From an uncultured Sphaerobacteraceae bacterium (GTDB lineage Bacteria > Chloroflexota > Chloroflexia > Thermomicrobiales > UBA6265), in NCBI GenBank assembly GCA_964461025.1, contig CAYWSE010000003.1, forward strand, positions 14,247 through 78,246: a stretch of 64,000 nt of DNA. The letters run 5' to 3'. The notes beneath the pieces are model-generated. The model was given only the letters and a program-made list of their open reading frames with translations, was not told the DNA's origin and searched no databases. Shown here piece after piece: positions 1 through 6,908 of the stretch. How positions within the stretch are numbered: position 1 is the first letter of the stretch; the number at the start of each line of letters is the position of its first letter. The position numbers and the translations under genes are program-made.

Positions 1-728
1 GGTTTCCGCGCAACGACGGTCGTGTATGGCTGCCGGGTGGGGATCGGTCCGTCGGCCAATGCTGTCTCCAGCGCGGCGACTCCCCTCGCATGAGCAGCGT
101 CGGAGATGAGGTGGAGTGACGAGAACGCCTTTTCACGATAGGGTGTGATGTCGGTCAGCTCGCCGGTTGTCACCGTGTGTCGTCGTCCGATGTCGACGAA
201 TCCCGCGCGTCCCAATTCGGCCTGAAGGGATTCGATGCGAGGATACCGGGCGATTTCGTTTCGGCTCGTTTCCGGGAAATAGCGAGACAGAGGCACGCGA
301 TTGGCAATGTCTGCTTCGCTGTCGGTGACGACGGCAATCTGGCCGCCGGGTCGAAGCACACGGAGGGCCTCCCGCGCAGCAGCGTCACGATCGCGAACGT
401 GATGAATCACATCGACGGAATACATCAATGTGAACAGGCCGCCCGGAAATGGCAGTTGCTCTGCCCGGGCAAGCGCGATGCGATGGGCGACTGGGCCTGG
501 AACCTGCTTCAGCATTTCGATCGACGGATCGATGCCGTAAACCTGGTTTGGAAAATGCTGTTCGAACGTCGAAGCGAAATTGCCTGTACCCGTGCCGATT
601 TCGAGCAAACGTGGTTCGCTGGAGTCGCCAGCAAGTTGGAGCAGGAGTTCGATGACTGCGGCATTCGGCCGGCGGTAAGCGCCATATGGTCCGGCGAGTT
701 CGTTGTAGTCCATTCTGCGAATCGTCAT
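1..728 (-). CDS. class I SAM-dependent methyltransferase; C-terminal end runs off the left edge
   Basis: Absent from the ORF track because there is no stop in the window. Manual reverse translation from ATG 728-726 gives MTIRRMDYNELAGPYGAYRRPNAAVIELL...EPRLLEIGTGTGNFAS (GxGxG SAM motif I)...LRVLRPGGQIAVV. The frame stays open to base 3. Track ORF 177..758(+) is its antisense shadow. Confidence 0.8.
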   Translation of the reverse strand, partial: MTIRRMDYNELAGPYGAYRRPNAAVIELLLQLAGDSSEPRLLEIGTGTGNFASTFEQHFPNQVYGIDPSIEMLKQVPGPVAHRIALARAEQLPFPGGLFTLMYSVDVIHHVRDRDAAAREALRVLRPGGQIAVVTDSEADIANRVPLSRYFPETSRNEIARYPRIESLQAELGRAGFVDIGRRHTVTTGELTDITPYREKAFSSLHLISDAAHARGVAALETALADGPIPTRQPYTTVVARK

Positions 729-795
729 TTCGTCAACCTCGCCGAGACCTCCAACTGACTTCCCGCCCGACCGATTAGAATCGGCGTCGGCGAAA

Positions 796-1560
796 GTGGT
801 AATCGTGGAGTTCAGGCCACAAATGGTCAAGGCAATTTTCTCTACTCTCATGACGTTTGTGCTGATTGCGTCGGCCTGGCTCACGACCCCAGTCGGCGCA
901 CAGGACGAACAATCCGATGTCAATGCACTGCTCAATTCTGCTGCCATGGCGATGTCGGATCTCAATTCGTTTCATTTCCTGATCACGACTCCGGTAGGAA
1001 AGACGCTGCTGGTCGGCGAGGCAGAACTCATTCAGGTCGAAGGCGATGTTGTGCGTCCCATGACCTTTCACGCCACAGCCACGATCGGGCTGGGCTTCGC
1101 CAGGCTCTCGGTGGAAGCGATAGGCATCAACGACAAGATTTGGATTTCGAATCCACTCCAGGGTGGTGCGTTTACGCCGGTCTCGGATGCGCTTGGCGAA
1201 GAACTGCCTCCGCTGACCTTTTTCAATCCTGACCAGCTTATCCAGCAGGCGATCGGACTCATCCAGAATCCTGCAATCGACGGGAGCGAATCGTTGGACG
1301 GCGTGCAGACCACGGTCGTAACAGGCAACTTCGCCCTTGGCGACATCACGTTCAATGGCACTCCCGTGGTCCAGGGCATCGCTGGAGACTTGATCCCGTT
1401 GGAGGTCACTCTCTGGATCGACGAACAGAACCGGGTGCTCCAGGCAGATTTCGCCGGCGCGCTGTTGCCATCCGAACAGGGCGGCGGCAGAATCGTGCGG
1501 CGTGTCGAGTTGTCGCAGTTCGACCAGGTTCTGACCATCGACCCGCCGGCCACAACGTGA
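796..1560 (+). CDS. secreted LppX/LprAFG-like (LolA-fold) protein
   Basis: 254-aa ORF with a hydrophobic signal (MVKAIFSTLMTFVLIASAWLTTPVGAQ; alternative ATG start at 823) and no lipobox Cys. The resemblance to LprG/LppX-type proteins is by recall only. Confidence 0.6.
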   Translation: MVIVEFRPQMVKAIFSTLMTFVLIASAWLTTPVGAQDEQSDVNALLNSAAMAMSDLNSFHFLITTPVGKTLLVGEAELIQVEGDVVRPMTFHATATIGLGFARLSVEAIGINDKIWISNPLQGGAFTPVSDALGEELPPLTFFNPDQLIQQAIGLIQNPAIDGSESLDGVQTTVVTGNFALGDITFNGTPVVQGIAGDLIPLEVTLWIDEQNRVLQADFAGALLPSEQGGGRIVRRVELSQFDQVLTIDPPATT

Positions 1561-1630
1561 GAACATCGCGTGTGGTGATTCCACACAGTTCTCATAGCCT
1601 GGTCGGGCGTCAGAAAGAGCATGTCAGTTC

Positions 1631-3427
1631 GTGAAATCTGAGTTTCGGATCGAAGGACGGTCGCAGACTTCAACGGCATCTCCGGCGCGCTGGATCTGGT
1701 CCCATATCTGGCGCAACAAGCTCTTCGTGCTGGCGGGATTCGCGGGCGTTCTCTTTCACATGATTCTCAACATCATGGTGCCGATCCTGACGGGCCGGGC
1801 TTTCAATGCCGTACTCGAAGAACCGCCCGACCGGGACGAGCTGGGTCTCATCGCGATTGCCGTGCTGATCATCGTCGTGTTGCGCGGCGCCTCCGATCTG
1901 ATGGGCTCGCTCTCCTTCGAGGTCATTGCCAAACGACTCGAGCGAGACGCTCGCGACGAGCTCTACGTGAGCCTGCTCGGCAAGAGTCAGACTTTTCACA
2001 ACCGGCAATCGGTCGGCGATCTGATGGCCCGCGCCGCCAACGACGTGCGGCAGCTCAACGCGATGGTCAACCCCGGCCTTGCCCTGATCATCGACTCGTT
2101 CACCGGTCTGATCGTTCCGATCATCGCGATCGGGTTCATCGACTACCGGCTGCTTGGTCCGCCGCTCGTCTTCGTGCTCTTCTTCTTGCTGGCGCTTCGC
2201 CGGTACATGCGTCAGCTCAATCCTGTGTCGAACGAGATGCGACAGTCGTTCGGCGCGATGAACAGCGAGCTGCAGGAATCGATCAGCGGCATCGAAGTGG
2301 TCAAATCGACCGCGCAGGAAAGTCAGGAAGAAGAGCAGTTTTCGGCTTTGGCGACTGCATACCGCAATGCCATGGTCAAGCAGGGCGCCGTGCAGGCGCG
2401 CTATCTGCCGACGTTGTTGCTGGCGGTGACCAATGCCGCCGCGTTCTTGATTGGACTCTATCTGGTCAGCGAAGATGAAATCTCGCTGGGCACGATGATC
2501 ACCTATTTCGGGTTGATGTTCCTGCTGCGATTTCCCACGTTCATTTCGATCTTCACGTTTTCCCTTGTCCAGATTGGTCTCGCCAGCGCGCAGCGAATCA
2601 TCGAACTGATCAATGAAGAAACGGAACTGGACGAAAACGCCGCCGGACATGTGGGAACTATTGACGGTGACATCCGGTTCGATCGCGTGTCTCTCTCCTA
2701 CGAGGGGGAGCGAGTGCTGAACGACGTCAGTTTTCATGTCAAATCGGGAGAAACCGTGGCGATCGTCGGTGAGACTGGCTCCGGCAAGAGCACGATCACC
2801 AAACTTGTCAACCGCATCTACGACGCCGATTCGGGACAGGTGCTGATCGACAACGTCGATGTGCGGGACTGGAACCTCGATGCATTGCGGTCGCAGGTTT
2901 CGACGATCGAGCAGGATATCGTGCTTTTTTCGAGACCTGTCGTCGAGAACATTGCGTTCAGTCTGGGGCAGCAGTCGAATCTTGAAGAGGTCGAGCGAGC
3001 AGCGCGAGACGCGCAGGCTGACGCATTCATTCGCGAATTGCCGGACGGGTATCAAACGGTCATCGGCGAACGCGGCGTCACCCTTTCCGGCGGACAGCGA
3101 CAGCGATTGGCGATCGCCAGAGCGTTGATCACCGATCCGCGCATCCTGATAATCGATGACTCGACGAGTGCGATCGACAGCGCCACCGAGGACCAAATCC
3201 AGCGAGCGATCCGGCGCGTGCTCGAGGGCCGCACGACGCTGCTGATCACGCACCGGCTGTCGCAGATTCGCTGGGCCGACAAGATTCTCGTGCTGCGCAA
3301 GGGAGCCGTCGTCGACTTCGGCACGCACGATGAACTGATGGGACGCTGCGCGCTCTATCGGCGCATCTTCGCCCATTACGACGATGAACCGCTTGTGCCG
3401 CTCCCGCCTGAGTCAGTGCCTGCCTGA
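1631..3427 (+). CDS. ABC exporter, fused transmembrane + ATPase half-transporter (MsbA/MdlB type)
   Basis: 598 aa. N-terminal six-helix-type membrane domain, then Walker A GETGSGKST, signature LSGGQRQRLAIARAL and Walker B ILIIDDSTSAID. Confidence 0.93.
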   Translation: MKSEFRIEGRSQTSTASPARWIWSHIWRNKLFVLAGFAGVLFHMILNIMVPILTGRAFNAVLEEPPDRDELGLIAIAVLIIVVLRGASDLMGSLSFEVIAKRLERDARDELYVSLLGKSQTFHNRQSVGDLMARAANDVRQLNAMVNPGLALIIDSFTGLIVPIIAIGFIDYRLLGPPLVFVLFFLLALRRYMRQLNPVSNEMRQSFGAMNSELQESISGIEVVKSTAQESQEEEQFSALATAYRNAMVKQGAVQARYLPTLLLAVTNAAAFLIGLYLVSEDEISLGTMITYFGLMFLLRFPTFISIFTFSLVQIGLASAQRIIELINEETELDENAAGHVGTIDGDIRFDRVSLSYEGERVLNDVSFHVKSGETVAIVGETGSGKSTITKLVNRIYDADSGQVLIDNVDVRDWNLDALRSQVSTIEQDIVLFSRPVVENIAFSLGQQSNLEEVERAARDAQADAFIRELPDGYQTVIGERGVTLSGGQRQRLAIARALITDPRILIIDDSTSAIDSATEDQIQRAIRRVLEGRTTLLITHRLSQIRWADKILVLRKGAVVDFGTHDELMGRCALYRRIFAHYDDEPLVPLPPESVPA

Positions 3428-3490
3428 GCAATTCGCCGGGTCCCGTAAGATGCTCGTTACGTGTGCTCCGCGTTGCATCCAGGAGTGACG

Positions 3491-4900
3491 ATGTCTGCCT
3501 CCACCGATCGCCCCAATCTGCTTGTCATTATGTCGGATGAACATGCTCCCCACTTCACTGGAGTGCACAACCATCCGCTGGTCAGAACGCCGAACTTGGA
3601 TCGGCTTGCTGAGGAAGGGGTCGTATTCGAGAACGCCTACTGCAACTCGCCTCTCTGTTCTCCCTCGCGGATGTCCTTCATGACCGGGCGGTACGCACAC
3701 AAGATCGCCACCTGGGACAACTCGACTTCGCTCAGCTCCGACGAACCAACCTGGGCGCACCGGATGCGCTCGGTTGGGTACGACGTTGTCCTTTCCGGCA
3801 AGCAGCATTTCGTCGGCGCCGACCAATTGCATGGATTCCGCGCCCAGCTGGCCCGAGATCTCCATGCCGAGATCGCGCACGAGATGTACCGATGGTTGGA
3901 CGGTACCCCAGTCGCCGGAGAACCGTGGAAGCACATGGAAACCTCCGGTCCAGGCACAACAGTGGAAATTGATGTGGATGATCTGGTCGAGGCAGCGGCT
4001 CTCGCCTACATCCGCGACCCGGCGCGCCGGCATCAACCATGGGTGCTGAACGCCTCATTCATCGCTCCACATTTTCCGTTCGTCGTTCCGCGGGAGTACT
4101 GGGATCTCTATCCATTCGACGAGATCGATTTGCCGCGCGTGACGCGTGAATCGCTCGACGAACAACACCCGGTCTTGCGGCGCATGGCGGGGATGTTCGG
4201 GCTGGTGGACTTCCCGGAAGAAACCGTCCGGCGGGCAAGGGCCGGCTATTACGGATTGATCACCTGGCTCGATGCCAAAATTGGCCGAATGCTCGACGCA
4301 CTCGAAGAATCCGGTCAGCGTGAGAACACGATCGTCGTGTACGTCAGCGATCACGGCGAAATGGCCGGCGAGCATGGCATGTGGCGAAAATCGAACTTTC
4401 GCGAACACTCCGCCCGTATCCCGATGCTCATCTCCTGGCCAGAACACCTTCCGGCCGGCAAGCGGATTCCGGAGGTGGTCTCGCTTGTCGACATGGTCGC
4501 CACCATGCTCGACCTGACACAAGCGCCGCGCGACGACACGCTGGATGGCGAGTCGCTGCTGCCGCTCATCGACGGTTCTTCAGGAGGTACGTGGAAGGAC
4601 GAGGCCTTTTGCGAGTATCTGGCCCACGGAGTCACGAAACCGATGGCCATGTTGCGTCACGGTCGCTTCAAGCTCAACTACTACCTGGACGATCCTGTCG
4701 AGTTGTTCGATCTGGAGACGGACCCCGACGAGCGCCACAACCTCGCCGGCAACAGCGCGCATTCCTCAGTTCGCGAAGCATTACGTGCCGATCTGCTCGC
4801 TCGCTGGCATCCGATCGAACTCGAACGCCAGGTAGTCGCCAGCCAGGAGGCTCGCCACCTCATCGCCTCGGCCCAGCCTCCTCCAGCCGCGTTCCACTGA
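3491..4900 (+). CDS. Cys-type sulfatase (choline-sulfatase-like)
   Basis: Sulfatase signature CSPSRMSFMTGR after PNLLVIMSDEH, and a C-terminal DLETDPDERHNLA-type tail. AGGAG lies 5 nt before ATG 3491; the track ORF starts at GTG 3461. Confidence 0.88.
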   Translation: MSASTDRPNLLVIMSDEHAPHFTGVHNHPLVRTPNLDRLAEEGVVFENAYCNSPLCSPSRMSFMTGRYAHKIATWDNSTSLSSDEPTWAHRMRSVGYDVVLSGKQHFVGADQLHGFRAQLARDLHAEIAHEMYRWLDGTPVAGEPWKHMETSGPGTTVEIDVDDLVEAAALAYIRDPARRHQPWVLNASFIAPHFPFVVPREYWDLYPFDEIDLPRVTRESLDEQHPVLRRMAGMFGLVDFPEETVRRARAGYYGLITWLDAKIGRMLDALEESGQRENTIVVYVSDHGEMAGEHGMWRKSNFREHSARIPMLISWPEHLPAGKRIPEVVSLVDMVATMLDLTQAPRDDTLDGESLLPLIDGSSGGTWKDEAFCEYLAHGVTKPMAMLRHGRFKLNYYLDDPVELFDLETDPDERHNLAGNSAHSSVREALRADLLARWHPIELERQVVASQEARHLIASAQPPPAAFH

Positions 4901-4958
4901 GACAAGCGTAGAACCCGGCCCTGTGCCGGAATTCGACAAGCCTGCAACTTCAGACGTG

Positions 4959-5912
4959 CTACCGACCTGACAGCATCTCGACCACGGGAGCAAACGTCGT
5001 CATCAGTCGATCGGGCACGATGAAATAGGAGAATCCGAGCTCGTCTCGGATTTCCTGCAAGCGGCCGGTAACGTAATCGAGGCTACCGATGAGCACCGAC
5101 GGCATATCTCGCACGGCTGCCAGGTCGATGTCCTGCCAACCCTGGGCAGCAATGTACTGGTCGATCGCTGCGTCGGGATCATCAGTCACGATCACAGTCG
5201 GAATCAGGCTGAGCTCGATCGAATCGAAACGATCACCGGCCCCTTCCCGAATCCAGGAAACACGCTCCTGTACTGCGGCTGTTCGGCGACCCTCCGGCAA
5301 ATTGACCGCGACGCCTGTGGCCACCGATGTGGTCAGGATGCCAACGATGTCAGCCATAGCACCCGCCAATCGCAGAATTCGCGGGCTGCCTCCCCCGATC
5401 AGAATTGGGACCGGTTGCTGAATCGCCGCTGGAAAGCTCGGCAACGTGTCGAGTGAGTAATAGCGCCCGTCGTAACTCACGTCGTTCCCGGCGATCAATC
5501 CACGAAGAATCGGCAGCGCTTCAGCGAGTCTCGAAATCCGCGTACCGGCAGAATCGAATGCGATACCGGCGCGCTCATACTCCTCCGCCAGCCAACCCGC
5601 GCCGATGCCCAGCTCGAAACGTCCTCCGGAGAGCGCATCGAGGGTCGCGACCTCCTTCGCCAGAACGGCAGGATGCCGGTAATCGTTGTCGATGACCAGC
5701 GTGCCAAGGCGCAGGGTTGTGGTCAGAGCGGCGGCGGTAGCAAGTGCGGCAATTGGAGCAAACTGATGGCCGAATGGCTCGTCTACGAAGTGATCGCGAA
5801 TCAGCAGCGTGTCATAGCCCCATGCTTCTGTTTGCTGGACAAGCTCTCTCCATGCACCAGCAGTCGTGAATTGCTCGGCGACAACGCCAAAGCGAAACGG
5901 TTTTCCGGCCAC
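4959..5912 (-). CDS. LLM-class (luciferase-like) F420-dependent oxidoreductase
   Basis: 317 aa. FRFGVV...LIRDHF...RLGTLVIDNDYRHPAVLAKEVATLDALSGGRFELGIGAGW is typical of luciferase-like monooxygenase/F420 oxidoreductases. Confidence 0.85.
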   Translation of the reverse strand: MAGKPFRFGVVAEQFTTAGAWRELVQQTEAWGYDTLLIRDHFVDEPFGHQFAPIAALATAAALTTTLRLGTLVIDNDYRHPAVLAKEVATLDALSGGRFELGIGAGWLAEEYERAGIAFDSAGTRISRLAEALPILRGLIAGNDVSYDGRYYSLDTLPSFPAAIQQPVPILIGGGSPRILRLAGAMADIVGILTTSVATGVAVNLPEGRRTAAVQERVSWIREGAGDRFDSIELSLIPTVIVTDDPDAAIDQYIAAQGWQDIDLAAVRDMPSVLIGSLDYVTGRLQEIRDELGFSYFIVPDRLMTTFAPVVEMLSGR

Positions 5913-5992
5913 CCTCGTCTCCTTCCTGAGTCGAAGCAGCGATTGCTTCGAGTCGTCTGGATATGAGACGAGGAACGATAAGGAATGTCAGA

Positions 5993-6715
5993 TCAGGTCG
6001 GATAGGAGGCTTCGCGGAGTTTCCGAATCGTCTTCTCTGGTTTGGGGAGACCGCTCGCCCGAATCTGGGCTTCGGTTTCCTCGAGTGGATAGGGCAGTTT
6101 TCGGATTTCAGCAGACCAGCGGTGATCGGCCTCGCTCCACGTCAGGATGCCGTACTTGCAGCGCAGCTCTCCATCCTTGGAGTTCCCAACGCCTGACACG
6201 TCCACGAGGAGCGTCTCGTCGATCTGCCGGATGTAGCAGATGTGGATGTGACCGAAGGCGATCGCAGCCGCGACTGTTCCGTCGAGCATCGCGCGCAACT
6301 CGTCGTCAGTGAGGTCTGGGCGCAGGGCGTCCTCGACATTGTGGGGATTGGCGTGCACCACGAGGAGCTCATCTTTTGGCCCTCGGGAGCCGGGAGGGGC
6401 CACGCGATGAGAGAATGGAAGGGAGTCCAGATACGCAATACCATCGGCGCCGATGGCATCGACGGTGAACTGTTTCTCGGGTTTGTCGGTTCCGAATTTG
6501 GCATTGTCAACGAGATAGAGATCGGTGTTGCCGTGGATTACGGTCAGGTTGCGCTCCCACAGCATCTCAAGCGTTTCTCGCGGCGCAGGACCTGTTTCGC
6601 ACAAGTCACCGGCAACGACGATTTCATCGAATGGTCCTCGTTCATCGATGTCCGCCAGCACCGTCTGCAGCGCCAGACTGAATCCGTGAATGTCAGACAA
6701 CACCGCTACGCGCAT
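5993..6715 (-). CDS. metallophosphoesterase (YfcE/MJ0936-like, Metallophos_2)
   Basis: MRVAVLSDIHG...VVAGDLCETG...IHGNTD...VVHANPH...AFGHIHI are the calcineurin-like phosphoesterase motifs. I chose the ATG at 6715. The track ORF extends to 6886 with a non-homologous-looking 57-aa leader. Confidence 0.85.
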   Translation of the reverse strand: MRVAVLSDIHGFSLALQTVLADIDERGPFDEIVVAGDLCETGPAPRETLEMLWERNLTVIHGNTDLYLVDNAKFGTDKPEKQFTVDAIGADGIAYLDSLPFSHRVAPPGSRGPKDELLVVHANPHNVEDALRPDLTDDELRAMLDGTVAAAIAFGHIHICYIRQIDETLLVDVSGVGNSKDGELRCKYGILTWSEADHRWSAEIRKLPYPLEETEAQIRASGLPKPEKTIRKLREASYPT

Positions 6716-6891
6716 TTCTCGTCCGATTCCAGCGGGCCACTTGCGGCCACGTACGACACAATGGTCCCGTATAGGATAGCCAAATCCCGTTCCGGACGAC
6801 GACGCAGTCGCCGTCTGAAGTGAATGCAACCATCGTGGAGAGGCGTCACTACACGGGTCTGGTCGGAGTCGCTTCTCCAGCGACACGGTTT

Positions 6892-6908
6892 ATGATGAAT
6901 GTCATCAT
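6892..6908. promoter_or_regulatory. AT-rich palindrome ATGATGA-atg-TCATCAT upstream of / at the 5' end of the TIR-STAND-LuxR gene
   Basis: 7-bp perfect inverted repeat overlapping a TATGAT -10-like hexamer (6891..6896) in the divergent region. It is a plausible operator only if translation starts at 6974/6977. Confidence 0.3.

Noticed and set aside
177-758. 193-aa ORF on the plus strand at the left edge
   Set aside because: The opposite strand encodes a methyltransferase with a clear SAM-binding motif that runs off the window, so the listed ORF is its shadow.
1670-3376. 568-aa ORF on the minus strand
   Set aside because: It is fully antisense to the ABC exporter gene, which has unmistakable Walker/signature motifs. 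Its Arg/Asp/His-rich, low-complexity translation is typical of shadow ORFs in GC-rich DNA.
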